Positions 26,855 through 42,511 are shown, counted from the stretch's first letter. The stretch: DNA of 64,000 nucleotides from Octopus vulgaris (GCA_951406725.2 OX597815.1:42284001-42348000), one strand, 5' to 3'. Numbers and translations are program-made. Notes: generated from the letters alone by a model not told the origin.

Positions 26855-27100
26855 TCTATTTTCTTATTTGTTTCAGTCATTTGACTGCGGTCATGCTGGA
26901 GCACCACCTTTAGTCGAGCAAATCGACCCCAGGACTTATTCTTTGTAAGCCTAGTACTTACTCTATCGGTCTCTCTTGCCGAATCGCTAAGTGACGGGGA
27001 CGTAAACACACCAGCATCGGTTGTCAAGCGATGTTGGGGGGACAAACACAGACACACAAACACATACATAAATACATACATACATACATACATGCATACA

Positions 27101-27136
<36 letters not shown>

Positions 27137-27269
27137 CCAAATCCACTCACAAGGCTTTGGTCGGCCGAGACTATAGTAGAAGACACTTGGCCAAGGTACC
27201 ACGCAGTGGGACTGAACCCGGAACCATGTGGTTGGTAAGCAAGCTAATTACCACACAGCCAATCCTGTG

Positions 27270-27270
<1 letters not shown>
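26855..27270 (-). mobile_element. Family A SINE, near full length, with internal (TACA)n
   Basis: Reverse complement of the family A head and 3' half. Confidence 0.88.
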
Positions 27271-27344
<74 letters not shown>

Positions 27345-27351
<7 letters not shown>

Positions 27352-27653
27352 TTTGTGTCTGTTTGTCTCACAATCATTGCTTGACAACTAATGTTGGTGT
27401 GTTTACGTCTTCCTAATGAAGCGGTTCGGCAGAAAGAGCGATAGAATAAGTACCAGGATTACAAAGAATAAGTCCCGAAGTCGATTTTTCTACTAAAAAC
27501 CATTTAATGTGGTACACCAGTATGGCTGCAGTCAGATGACTGGAAATTTTTTATGATTTTTTTTTTATTAAGAGAATAAAAGAGCACTCCATTAAAGGGG
27601 TTTTTAGTCGAAAAAAATCAACGTCAGGTCTTATTCTTTGTAAGCCTGGTACT

Positions 27654-27660
<7 letters not shown>
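27345..27660. mobile_element. Family A SINE 3' fragments (+ then -)
   Basis: gcggttcggcagaaagagcgatagaataagtacc on plus; ttattctttgtaagcctggtacttattc on minus. Confidence 0.7.
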
Positions 27661-27737
<77 letters not shown>

Positions 27738-27760
27738 GCATATATATATGTGTATGTATA

Positions 27761-27817
<57 letters not shown>

Positions 27818-29224
27818 ATTATCTTACTAATGTGTGAGTATATTATAAATATATATATATATATATATATCTAATATTTGTATATCTGTATATTTATGAT
27901 ACACATATAATATCCATATAATATATAGCACACACACACACATACAAATTTAAAATTTTCCCCGTACATTGTACAATTTAAAAATAACGCGTAGCTTTCA
28001 TTTTATATAGAAGTTTTCAGCTGTTGTTGAAATTTTATACCTAAATGATGTAGACGTGGAAACGAGCTTGTTCTTGAGGCGGTAGATAAGTTTATGACCA
28101 TCGAAGTCTTGATGTTGCTACTGTCTCACCTCTCTGCCTATATTTTCCTTATATATAACAATCAGTGGCAATTAAACCAAATCAATTTCACCATCCTTCT
28201 TCCGGCTAAATTATAAGCAAAAGTTGTTGACCTTTTGATGTTAGAAATTTCATTTCTGTTATTTCTGAAATCATACATCTTTTGAGTTGGTTTAACGTAG
28301 AATACTGAGTTGTAATATTATATTATTGTAATGTTCTAATATTGATTTCAAATTTTGGCACCAGGCTAGCAATCTGGGGCGGAGTGTGGGGAGTAAGTCA
28401 ATTACATTGATTCCATTGCCCAACTGATATTTATTTTATCGGTTGATACAAGATAACGAATATTTCATTAATCTGAAATAAGGTGTTGGCTGCAGTAGTG
28501 CACTTTTCAGAGCTATATCTTCAAAGTTTTCCATATTGGCATTAGCCTTTACGAAAAGATGGCATTCTAGCTGACCTATAACTATTACTCGTTAGCTTAA
28601 GATTTAGCTAACAGCTAAATCTTCCCCAAGTTACATCTTAACGATTTTAAAACGAAAGAACAGATTAATTAACCTAGATATCATAATGGGTGTGTTCGAA
28701 TTAAATGGTGTAAGTCATTCAAATCTTTCCTTGGTTAATAACGTACATGGTTGCCGGGTCTATAGACGTTAGCAACATCATGTAAGTTTCGCCGTTTGTG
28801 AGCTGTTAGACATTTTCCTCGAAGCTGCACATCAACTCTGCTGTTTTCCAAGATTTCACCTGTAACTCTAGGTGAAATTGCTAACCCTGTTAAAGGCTAG
28901 CTAATATTTGATCAGGGACAGCTTATTTCCATAAACGACGCTATCATTTATATCTAGAGGCCGTTCTCCTATCCACTATCTGAGCACTCGGTATCTGGGA
29001 GTTTTATCACCTGTTCTATCTTATCAAACCATGACTTAATGCATCAAAAGATAAAACAAAGGAAGATCATCACTAGTACGCCATTTATTTTCGACACCCT
29101 GGGTTTGGACTAAACTTGGATCAAATAGCACCAATGATAACTTGGATCAAATAGCACCAACGATAATCTATATCTATTCCTTATATCACCGTGTTTGATT
29201 TTAGAGAATGAAGATGTTGGACAA

Positions 29225-29525
29225 CAACGACATCATTTGCTTTTCTTGTCCCGATGTGGCTTCGTCTAGATTCTCAGACAAAATTGTCCGAGTGTTTTTG
29301 AGTACCTCCACATCTACGCCTTATAAATCTGAATTTTTTGAAAAGGTATCAAAAATCTGTGGGTCCTTGACCCCTAAGCTGTTACAGTATTTGGTACTCG
29401 TGATAGATGGACATGTGGACAAGGCGGGACCTGTGGTACTATACAATAGTATCCGTTTGGTGGGGCTGGTATAGTTTTAAATTCCGAAATTAGGTGCTTG
29501 ACCCTCCAGGATTTTCCATTGTACT
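29225..29525 (-). mobile_element. CR1-like LINE 3' remnant
   Basis: Reverse-complement similarity to ~54420-54680. Confidence 0.6.
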
Positions 29526-29949
29526 GGCAGTGATATCGAAGTTTCGGTCAGCTAAACAATCACCGGACTGTGATGCATTTGATTGACAAACTTTCCATAC
29601 TAATATTACTGTGACATGCTAAAGTGATAACCAACATCCTCTCAAAATAAATAGGTGAAAAACCACATACAATACCAACCTACCAACTAATTAGACCTTA
29701 CCACCTACTTATATTCTTTTGTGAACACTTAACAACCAATCTCCTAAAAGCTGACAAACCCAGTAAACACAATTATAAAAGTATATTCTACTCCTGATAT
29801 AGTACGTACACTCTAAGTGGTTCATCATTGCTTCATATTTTCCTTCACATTTCATGCACATGTGTCTTATTCTGAGTATAAGCCATATTTGTATTGTATA
29901 GAATATACTCGATGGACAAATTTTATTCATTAAAGAGATATTAAATGTA

Positions 29950-30065
29950 TAATGGAGTAAATAAGATCCAGGCTACATATGTTTCACAGCGAGCGGAAGC
30001 TCGGAAGTGGTAAATATCCGCTCGCTATGAAATATATGTAGCCAAGATCTTATCTATTCAATTCC
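29950..30065. repeat. Hairpin (~45 bp arms) of a repeat also present un-inverted near 13295-13490
   Basis: ggctacatatgtttcacagcgagcgga / tccgctcgctatgaaatatatgtagcc. Confidence 0.75.
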
Positions 30066-30310
30066 TTAACTCTTGTATTCTTATTCGCATACCCGGCAAC
30101 CCTAGTCACCTAACGTGAAATATAAAAAGAACTTTTTTCAGTTTATCGTACTTCGATACGAAAGAAATTCACACCTTCCGTCTCAATAAACCACTATCGT
30201 CCCTGAAAGTTGTTTTGTTATATCTAATACGGATTGGTTGAAGCTAACCTTCTTGCTACCCTCGATCCCTGGGTCTCTCTCTCTCACACACACATATATG
30301 TGTTTGTGTG

Positions 30311-30363
<53 letters not shown>

Positions 30364-31368
30364 GTGTATACATACATACATATATATATATATACATATA
30401 CATATATATACCCTGAATCATGCTTTCATTATATCAGTTTATTTCTTTGGTATCTTGTATCAATTAGCTAAAGTACAAAGGCAACGACTAAAGGAATGTA
30501 TTTGCACAGTGAGGTGAAATGGATACGTATTATACTTTCTTATACAAATATATTTCAAGCTTAACCACAAACTCACCGTTTCAATATTTCACTTACTACA
30601 TGCCACCAACGAGTATTAACAGGCAAATGAACAAAAACATTGTCTATCATTCATCGCATTTTGCATATGCAGTTATACGATTCTTTCTCCTTCCCCTCTC
30701 TCCCTGTAGTTAAGACTATAAACACCTCTGATGAGCTACTAAAGATAAGCAAAAAAATAGTCGAGCTGGTCTTCCGTTCGTTCTCCACAGGCAATGCTGT
30801 GGCTTAACCGCGGTATCAAGTTGTACAGCTAGGCTCTTCTTGCGCATCTGTATACTATTGGAGAGCTTTCTATAGCTATTTTACTTACCGTTTTCTCGTA
30901 TCAGACATAAAAGCATTGCATAATACTTGCTATGTGAGCTAGTTATATAACTGGTGTCGATCCAATAATTCGCCACTTCAGTCGAGCATGATGATTTCGC
31001 TTCATATTTATTTTTATGTATTTGGAATTAATCATTATCTCTAGATGAGCACTATTTTGTACAGAGGTTTTCGTCTGCTGAGCGCTTTTTAAAGCAGCAT
31101 TCACTTTTCTTATTGCCGGAACTTTGTTAGACAGATTCCGACATTTATTTTCCCCAATTTTGCATAACTCTGCTTTGTAGTATTTGTTTATTCGTGATTT
31201 CACTTCTCTTTCCGGTCCTCATCTGTTTCCATACTTGCTCTTTAATCTCAAATAAAGTACGTAATAATTTTGATGTTTTGATTTAAAGTTCCTCCGTATG
31301 GAAATGCTTTCTATATCGCATGTGTCAGACTGATAGTTTGTGCTAACGTATAAAGTTTCCAAGTTCTT

Positions 31369-31445
31369 ATATATATATATATATAAACACACCAATACAC
31401 ACACATACATATATATATGTATGTGTGAGTGTTTATACATATATG

Positions 31446-31510
<65 letters not shown>

Positions 31511-31546
31511 TTATATATATACATATATGCATATACATATATACAT

Positions 31547-31633
<87 letters not shown>

Positions 31634-31735
31634 GGTATGTACGTCTGTGTATTGGTGTGTGTTTATATATATATAGATATATGTGTGAGTGTATATATAT
31701 ACACATACCTACATACACACATGCATATATAGATA
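31369..31735. repeat. (TA)n/(CA)n low-complexity tract
   Basis: Directly visible. Confidence 0.9.
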
Positions 31736-34029
31736 TAGGACATATTGGAATATGCATGATATTTATGAAAATTCGCTTCTAGTTTAAGAGTGCTAGCTTC
31801 TTTGAAGTAGGTGTTCTATTTCTTTCCCTAAATTCTTTTGATCTGGCTTTTGATTATTGACAGAGCATATATATCTCTATTGCTGCGCAAAGAATTAATG
31901 TGACTTAATAAAGAAATATCAGCAACAACTATAACAATAATAATACTTCTTTTTATTTTGGCCACAAGGGCCTACAGAAAAACATACAATAAACAATACA
32001 TGTATTGCTTAATAAAGTTGTATACATACGAGGTGAGGTGTAAAGATGTTATACTAGAGACGGATTAAAAAACTGATTTAATAAAATAGAGAATAAACAG
32101 AAAAATGTTAAACACACAACAATTAAAACAAAATATAATGATAATATTACATAAAAATACATTTTGGGTTGCCAATCCACACACACAGCTGGGAAGGAAC
32201 TTGTTAAGTCGAGACAGAGCGTCCCCACATTTCTCTTCATCTCCCAGACATTGTATATTTCTTGGGCATTCCTGAAATCTACCGTCAGGATCTTTTTCAT
32301 TGGGTTCGCCGAGAAAGGGGCCTACTTCTGCTGGGGAGAAATACTTCATATGTTTACAAGCTCGATTGTTTGCACCAGCATGTGGTCATTGGTTACGTTA
32401 TATTGATCCAGTTCCTTCTCCATCCATAAATTGGTTAGCTTTGTCTCCTCAAGTTCGTATAACAATTCAAGAGGTTCCTGTTAATATTTCTAATAACTGT
32501 GAAACCCGATCGAATCCCACAGACCGGCTTTAAAAAAAAAATTCCTAGAACTTTTCTGAGAGAGTTGTGGGCTCGTTTGGATTTTTTTAAAGGATCTTTT
32601 TACATTTTCTCTTCTCTCCCACTATCCTCCGTTTTTCAAACTGTATTTAATCACCATACGCTCAAGTGGACGTGCTAGAGCTGTATTAAAAATGGGTATT
32701 TCATCATTTTCTTTCTCTGTAATCGAATTCAAAGCGATTACCTCTGCCAATCCCGGACTGACTGAAAGTGTCAAGAAATTGTTTTTTACTGCGACCGAGG
32801 ACGAAGCAGATTTTTCGATCCACTTTGTAGCTGAAACCGCTTGTACTATTAATGGTGTAGCTGACTCCTGGCGCTGATCAGTCGTTTTATGTTTTCCACT
32901 TCTTCTTGGCAGAAAGCCTTTAAGTGGCATTTGCTACCACAAATGAAATAACTGGGCTTTCTGTCTTGTATCTTGGTTTCGGATTCAACATCAACATCAG
33001 AAGTTAGCTCTGGGATAGTCTTGTTGTTCTAAGTGGCATAAGTTACTTGCAAGTCCATGCCTGCTCTTACTTCCACCCACATGTCATTTTTTACTATTTG
33101 TGCATTCAGCATCTATCGATGTTGCTTTACAAAATATACGACTAGCCTAGGGTTTATATCACTTCTATATACTTGATTAATACTTTGTGATACTCCACCC
33201 CGTGTACTGGAGTGGACGCTTATGAGCGGGTGTTTGTGCACATACCCTGTTTCTTTACGATATGGCTTTTTCGATATGTTTTGTTGGCATTGAAAAGGTT
33301 CCCTATACTTTTGTCAGATTAAGGTATCTTAGTTTCTTTCTCACCCGGTTTTCAGTATTTTACATGGGCAAGGAGATTAAGCTCTTTTCAAAACAATTTT
33401 TTTACTGTTGCTTTTCAGCCTGTTTTATCCCAAGCAGTATTTTAATACTTAGGCAAAACTAACTGCATGTATTGACGATCACATTTCCACTGTGCATTTG
33501 TGAGTAAAAGTGTTGTTGCTTGTATCGTCGCCGAAAAATATATAAGATTTTCCAAAAAATGTATTTCTGTTTCCTCAAAAGGCAAAATCCATGTTTATGA
33601 CTGGAGAAAACTTCAGCAGATAATAGTCTGATATTATTTCGCTTCGCAATAGCAGAAATGTTATATTCATTCTTCCTTGCAGAGGTGTTGTCGCTGTTGT
33701 TTAATGCCATTATAAATGAAGTCGAAACAAATGTCCAAGAAAAGATTTTGTTTTGCTTCATAACGAGCTTCTTTCTACAAGACAAAACAATAAATCCTAA
33801 TTTGTGCAACATAAAATCCTGGAAATACCTGTACTTCAAATCTCAACATCAAAAGCCAGAAAAAACATTAATAATAATAATAACGGTTTCAAAGTTTTGT
33901 ACAAGGTCAGCATTTACGTTCTAAGTTCAAATTCCTTCTAGGTTAACTTTGACCAGCATCATTTTGGGGTCGATAAAACAAGTACCAGTTGAACACTGGG
34001 GTTGATGTAGTCGGCTTACACCTGTCTGC

Positions 34030-34030
<1 letters not shown>

Positions 34031-34128
<98 letters not shown>

Positions 34129-34133
34129 CCTAC

Positions 34134-34221
<88 letters not shown>
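34031..34221. repeat. (TATC)n microsatellite
   Basis: Directly visible. Confidence 0.95.
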
Positions 34222-35116
34222 GCACACATAAATCATATTGCATAATCCACTTTAATTGTAGCTTATCTGAAGTAAAGCCATTTCGTCACGCTTAATATTT
34301 TGAAATATAATACATTTCCTTCTTTTACTTTTAATATGCTATCTACTAATGTTATGATTGCATTAAACTAAATTCGTTTCAAGTATTAATTTAGTTTGTG
34401 AATCATTAATGATGTATGAAATCAGAATTATGGAAAATACCCAAATGCGTTGTAAAACCTGTTCGGTGGTTATCAAACTGGTCTTGGAAAGAAAGAATCA
34501 TGCTGATCAAACTTGTACTGCCGTTTAGCTGTTTTGTAAGTAAAACAGGAGGTGAGCGCCGGCATATTGCATCTATACCGTTTCAAACTGATGAGATTGA
34601 TGCGTTCGATACTTACATTAATATTTACATGTTAATGTTTGTAGGATAAATGTGAGCAGGAGGGAATCAGTATTATAGTTACAATGCTTACAAGATAACG
34701 GGCCATTCTTATGGATTGTTGAAAAAAAGAGTTCCACCCATAACCTTTGCACCTGTAATCTCTGAGGCTTATGGAGGAGGAGGAGGGAATCTTTCGTTTT
34801 GGGTTGCTGTAATCCAGTTTTTCGGTTGTTCAAAGTATTACAATTGAAGTCTGCAGTTCATCCACACAGCAAATGGGTCAGTCTCCTGAGACACTACTTA
34901 AAGGTTGGTTCCTTTCGAATATGGTTGTAAGATTCTGTAACAGAACAACTATTATCTGTCGGATGTCCGATGATGGCTCAGCTAACCGAAACTTCGAAGT
35001 CACTGTCAATAATATTCTTGGTAAAGAATAATAAATTTGTACTCTACAAAAGGTATTGAATAATCCTTCAGTTTAATGTAAAGTTATTTTTATTATAACT
35101 TAACCTACAAACATTA

Positions 35117-36153
<1,037 letters not shown>

Positions 36154-36918
36154 AGTGTGTGTATACACACACAAGTACTGGTCTCTTTTATTCGTTTGAT
36201 TACTTTATAGACTCATGCTCTGCTGACAGTGGGTTTCAAAATCTTGAAAATCTTGCTAGTTTTTCCTTTCTTAAATAGCCTTTCAATTGCTTTACTTATT
36301 CCACCCATACTAGCTTAAATACTAGCTTCAAATATATTAAATTTCAAGTACAAATTAGTTTCAATACTACCTTAAATGTTAAGAGTATTAAGTTCATGAA
36401 ATAAGAAAAGAAATGTTAATTAAATTTTTGTAAAATAAATGTCTACACTTGGGTCGATCACCCGTATATCAAAAACATAACGCTGTAGGATCGAACCAAG
36501 GACTTCGTGGTTGCGAAGCGAATTTCTAAACCATTCGGTCATACTACACTTACCGAATATATATAATTTACTTTCAAAGATGAAAATCATTTTGAGACCT
36601 AAATACACTTCCATTCTCAGTCATTTAAGTTAATTTCAATAGAAAATCGAATCGATACCATTATTTCGGAATTAGAAGAAAATAATGTAGTGTGCTCAGT
36701 GCGTGTTTCAAAACTTCGATGCTGCTTCGGGAATATAAGTTAATTATAATATCTATTTAGTTCTGTAAACTTATTACGCAAAATAATTTTTTGCAATTGA
36801 TTAGCATTATCGAGAATATTACTTAACATTAAATAACCGTAACATTTCATTTCCTAGATACTATCACTATTTTGCGTTCGCTTGTTTGTTTCTTTTTTAA
36901 CGGTCTATAATGTGACTT

Positions 36919-37168
36919 GTGGAGTAGCGTGGCTTAGTGGTTAGGGTGTCAGCATCATGATTGTGGTTTCGATTCCTGGACCGGACGACGCGTTGTGCTC
37001 TTGAGCAAAACACTTCATTTCACGTAGCTCCACTCCACTCAGCTGGCACAAATGAGTAACGCTACGATGGACTGGCGTCCCGTCCAGCTGGGGAACACAT
37101 ACGCCATAGAAACCAGGAAACCGGACCCATGAGCCTGGCTAGGCTTTAAGACGGCGCATTTATTTATT
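36919..37168 (+). mobile_element. tRNA-derived SINE (family C), full length
   Basis: A box tggcttagtgg, B-box-like gtttcgattcc, body ttgagcaaaacacttcatttcac..gatggactggcgtcccgtcc, (ATTT)n tail; homologue at 57268-57490. Confidence 0.85.
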
Positions 37169-37224
37169 ATAATTGACTTAGCAATGAAGATATTCTGTTA
37201 TTTCTGTGCCATACTGACACTAAT

Positions 37225-37430
37225 ATATTCTTCTAATTTTGGCACAATGCGAGCAATTATGAGAACAGTCGTAAGGTTGATTACAGTGACCCCAGTATTC
37301 AACTAGTATGTATTTTATCGACTCCAAAAGGATGAAAGTTGACCTCGGAGAACTTGAACGTGATGTCGGAAGAAATGCCACGAAGCATTTTGTCCGGCGC
37401 GGTAACGATTCTGCCAGCTCATCGCTTTCA
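37225..37430 (-). mobile_element. Family B SINE
   Basis: Reverse-complement family B body and head. Confidence 0.7.
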
Positions 37431-39184
37431 TTCTGACACTCTTATAACAAGCATAACGGAGTAGGACTTATTGAATATAGCCATCGTTTGTGCTATTTTT
37501 TCTACCTGAATCAATGATATCTTGCATCGGTTTATGATCATAATTTTTGTAAGATGTATAATCGATTAAATCGAGCACAATGTGTTACTGGAAATTGTTT
37601 TTATCTGCTCTAGAGAATAGAACTGAAAGCAAAACATGACTTTGGTACGTTCTAACTCAGAAAGTAAAACTAAATAACATCAAATATTTTAGCTGGTACT
37701 CTGCCGACTTTACCATCCACTGTGATTGAAAAAAAAAACAAACAAAAACAAAAAAAAACCGGTGCTATTAATAACTAAGTTAATCATATGATTTCAATAT
37801 TCCAACATCACAGTCTGTTATTTTTACACCACCTTCAGTTCCAGCAGCACAACTGGTTATTAATAATTTAAAATGTTATATCTTCTAAATATAATTTTTT
37901 TGTTTACTTAAGTGGAAATCATAAGGATTTTGCCAAATTCATCTAATAAAATATAACAATATCTTAATTTTGCTTGAATGATTGGAATATATTTTTGGTT
38001 GAATCACGACAAATAGTTTTATTGCTTCAAAAGATTATTTTGATTAAATATATTTTTCACTTTCTATACATAAACGTTTACTGTATTGAACGCAATATTT
38101 TTGCTTCTTTATTTGGTATCTGATGACTTAGTTGTAAAATTTTTCCAGCACATAAAATTTTATATCCTTTATTACATTCGTCAAACATTTATTATTATTA
38201 TTATTGTTCATTGGCGGTCATTTTATACCGGGAATAATTTTAATGGTTCTCAGTATACTCTTCTCTTTAAAGTGCTGCATCTGCCTTTGATTTTAACAGT
38301 GATCATGTTATTATTAACATGGAAAACTCACTCACCTCTCAAAGTGAAAAATAATTTCATTTCATTCCTCCCTAACTGACAAGAAATTCATACGATTTCT
38401 GTTGAGAAATGAGTATAAAGTTGGAACGGCATCGAAAAACGATCTTATTCCTGGTTTAAATGATAAAATTTATTATCCACTTTCCCCTAAAACATAATCT
38501 TTTTCGACTGATCAGCCTAATTTTGGCAGATTGTTATAAAACTTATTGATTTTGGTAAAATAAACCTAATTAGGCCTCTGGGTTTCTTAGGAAAATCACA
38601 GGTTAAGTACTCATCAACTTAACAAACATTATTTATTAGACCATTTAGAGAGACGAATATTGTATTGAACCCTTTTCAAAGGAAGACTTTAAAGAAACTA
38701 CAGACGTTTTGCTTGATAAAGATGAAAATAATATCTGCTAGTCTATTTCATAGTCAGATATCCAACAATTGGCAAAGGCTGTTTAGTCCAAAATGGTGAC
38801 GAATGCCTTCGTCCTGAAGTGTAATGGTCTCCTACAGTAAAATGGTAAATATACAATTGTTCTGAATAATTCACAGGACCTTCATTTTACCCTTTCTATT
38901 GTTTTCGATTCAACAGGACAGTCCATCTTTGTTTTTGGAATGGGTTTTAAAATTATATATTGTTCAATGTAATGTATAATGTGGAATTTCCAATGCAGTT
39001 AAAGTTTAATTTTCTGTATTGTATTTACGAAAAGATGATTTTTCTCCTGTCATGTATATTAATCTTCAGTATAAAGCGCGCAAACTCAAATTTAGATAAA
39101 TATTATATACACTTATTTACTTCTTCATCATAGAAGACATAAGTTTCGACATCCGCATATTTCATAGGTACAACTCATGGCCAA

Positions 39185-39530
39185 TATCTTTCATCCTTTC
39201 GGGGTCGATAAATTAAGTACCAGTTACGCACTCGACTTAATCCCTTTACCAGTTATGCAATCGACTTAATCCCTTTGCCTGTTCTTGTTTGTCCCCTCTA
39301 TGTTTAGCCCCTTGTGGGCAATGAAGAAATAAGAAACATTAGCACGCCGAACGAAATGCTTTGAGGTATTTCGTCTGTCTTTATGTTCTAAATTCAAATT
39401 CCGCCAAGGTTGACTTTGCCTTTCATCCGTTCGGGAGCGATAAATTAAGTACCAGTTGCGTACTGGCGTCGATCTAATCAACTGGTCCCTTCCCATCAAA
39501 CTTTCAAGCCTTGTGCTTAGAGTAGAAAAG
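39185..39530 (+). mobile_element. Two tandem family B SINE pieces
   Basis: tttcatcc(t/g)ttcggg..gataaattaagtaccagtt occurs twice. Confidence 0.8.
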
Positions 39531-39536
39531 AAACCG

Positions 39537-40494
39537 CTTCAGCCTTTGGAATGTCATCCTCGCTGTATGTGGCCGGATAGAAGAACACCTTTCGTCTTGA
39601 AACCAAAGATGGTCGTTTTTCTTCTAGCGCTGACTTAAGCCGCTCAAGATGCTCGCAGTAGATCTCTTTTGTTATCGTTTGGTTTCGGTTGAAATGTTCA
39701 AAGTGGACTAAACCTTTCATATCCCACCAAAACTTATAACAACACCATACATGGTTGAAGACCTTTAGCCTGGGGTGCTGGTGTTTCTCTTTTTCCCTAC
39801 CCACTGTCTTCGGCGCTTGACATTTTTGTAGAGAACCCATTTATCGTTACCAGTCACTGCTCGGTCCCCCCCCCAAAGAAAAGGTTCATTCGTGAGACAT
39901 GACAGCAAAGAAGAACACACATTCACTCTCTGCATGCGACTAGACTTGGAAAGTTTGTGAAGAACCCATTGACCCAATTTGCAGACTTTTCTGATGGCAC
40001 GCAGCTGTCGATGAATGGTTGAACGACCAAATCCAAGCTTCTCTGCTACTTCCTCAATAGTTACGCTGGGATTTTGTTCCATCAGGGTTATCAAGACATC
40101 CTCGTCTAGCTCTACATATCTTCCAAGATGAGGCTCGTCTTCTAGGCTGTAGTTTCCAACTCGGGATTTCTGGAACTACCGTTGATATTGGCGTACATTT
40201 ATTGTCCGATCCCCATATACTGCATTAATATTCCTCGCACCTTCGGGTGTACTGTGGCCTTTATTGAACTCATAATGCAAAATATGCTGAATATGCTCCT
40301 TTGTCATTTCCATTATAGTTTTGAAGAAATAACTATTAAAATCGAACTGCACTCTTCAAAACTCGCACTAAGTATAAGGGAAAATTACTACCTGATTTTA
40401 TAATAAGTTGATGCAGGTAGTTTATCCCACCCATCTCCGACTTTTAGTTCATGCAATTGAAAAAAACCCGCATTATTTATGGGATGACCAAATA
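39537..40494 (-). mobile_element. mariner remnant, 3'-truncated
   Basis: LGQWVLHKL (WVPHEL), VTGNDKWVLYKN, WWDMKGLVHFE; TIR-like end ttatgggatgaccaaata near 40494. Confidence 0.85.
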
Positions 40495-40605
40495 GAAGAA
40501 TGGAATAGCGGTATTTGAACATATTTCGTGACCATTAAATGTTTTTCTCTTAAGAAAGTCGTTTAAACTGGCGAGGTTTTGCTTGGTAAGAATGAAACCA
40601 ACATA

Positions 40606-41884
40606 CGAGGGACGTTCAATAAGTTTGTTTGATCTAGCAGTTGTTTGATCTAGTTGAAATGTGCAATTATTTATATCTCTATAGATTAGGTGGCAAATTA
40701 CAGCTCTGAATTAATTGTGGTTTCTGATTTACAGGTGTTTGAACCGAGTCAAGTGTGAAATGGAGCCTGTTGAGTGTCGAGCAGTGATCCGGTTTTTGTA
40801 TTTGAAAGGACGCACACCACGGGAGACTTTTGATGAAATGAAAGTAACTTATGGTGATGATGCCCCATCATATGACCTTGTAAAGCGTTGGCATCGTGAA
40901 TTCAAACATGGTCGGAACTCTGTGGAAACAGCTCCCAGATCTGGTCGCCCCTTCTGCCATTGATGAGGAATCTGTCCGTCAAGTTGAGGCTGCCATTTTG
41001 GAAGATCGACGCATAATTATTCGCCAAATAGCCCATGAGGTCAAGATTAGTACCGGGTCTGTAGAAACTATCATTCATGACCATTTGCATATGCAAAAGG
41101 TGTCTGCCAGATGGATTTCCAGGTTGCTCACTCCTTTCCAGAAGCAAGAACGCGTCAAGTGCTCGAGGGTGAATTTGGAGATGTGCCAAGAAGATGAGTC
41201 AAAATTTTTCAAAAGACTGATTACACAGGATGAAACCTGGGTCCATCACGATGATTCAGAGACCAAAGCCCAGTCAATGCAGTGGAAGCACCGTGACTCA
41301 CCCCCTCCAAAGAAGGCAAGGGTGCAGCCCTCCGCTGGCAAGGTTATGCTCACAGTCTTCTGGGACCAGGACGGAGTAGTGATGACAGATTTCCTGGCAA
41401 AGGGTACCACAATTGCAGGATCCTATTATGCTTCATTTTTGAGGAAATTAAGAGAAGTTATCAAAATCAAGAGGGGGGGGGGCAAGATCGGCAAAGGCAT
41501 CCTCCTCCTGCAGGACAACGCTCCGGTCCACAACTCGCTTGTCGCCAGATCAGAAGCACAGGCGTATGGCTATGAACTCCTCCCCTTCCCCCTACTTTCC
41601 TGACCTTGCACCCTCTGACTTTCACCTCTTCCCAATCATGAAGTTGTTTTTGAAAGGAAAGCGTTTCCCAGATGATGCAGCCTTGATTTCTGAAGTCACG
41701 TTGAGGTTGGAGGACCAAGCTGGGTTCTTCTACAAAAACGGTCTCCAGAGCCGCATCAAACGATGGGAGAAATGCGTAACTCTGGGTGGTTCCTATGTAG
41801 AAAAAGACTAATAACTGTGCCAAGTTTCGTTGTTCTACTGCTATGGGAAGTGGGTCAGGGGCATTACTTATTGAACGCCCCTCG
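40606..41884 (+). mobile_element. Full-length mariner (DD34D, irritans-like), frameshifted
   Basis: TA-flanked TIRs cgagggacgttcaataagt / acttattgaacgcccctcg; ~1.28 kb. Confidence 0.95.
40760..41811 (+). pseudogene. mariner transposase pseudogene
   Basis: MEPVECRAVIRFL..KVSARWISR..TQDETWVHH..QDNAPVH..PDLAPSDFHLF split over three ORFs (frameshifts near 40950 and 41590). Confidence 0.92.
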
Positions 41885-42439
41885 TATGTTGTGCAATAAA
41901 ATCTTTGTCACATAGCAAGGTCCTCTTTCCAACCAACACTAATGTAGAATAGTTCTATACAGTAGGTGGAGGTTTTATTGCCCCGCCTCAAACCTCACTA
42001 GTTTAAATACTCATCCTCAGTGAAAAACATAAAAAAATTTATTGAACGCGTATAGTCTGGTGGATCAAATACCGTTGTTCACGTTCTGATTTCATTTCCT
42101 TTGTTTTGTCTACGTATTGTAAAAAACAACTTGAGATTCTCTGAAAATAACTCAGTAAAAATTTCCTAAATATATTCTCTCAGGATTTCTTTTCTCACAC
42201 ACATTATGCTTCAAATATTAATTAATCCTCACGAAGGAAATTTACGCTTAAGTAATTTTTTTTAATAGAAATATGTATTTGGCCTTGCACCAAACAATTT
42301 TGGAATCTAACTTCTGAAGGGTTTAAGAAATGAAGGATGTGTGATCTTTTATTGTTGGAATATCATACTTTATTTTAGAGCAACATCACACCAAAATGCT
42401 TCAGCATGATCATAGCTACGATGACAAAACACACACACA

Positions 42440-42511
<72 letters not shown>

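Noticed and set aside
29112-29160. Tandem duplication of aacttggatcaaatagcaccaa
   Set aside because: Simple two-copy slippage duplication with no further structure.
38580-38830. Possible Tc1/mariner C-terminal remnant or exon
   Set aside because: Too degraded to support; stops in all frames examined.
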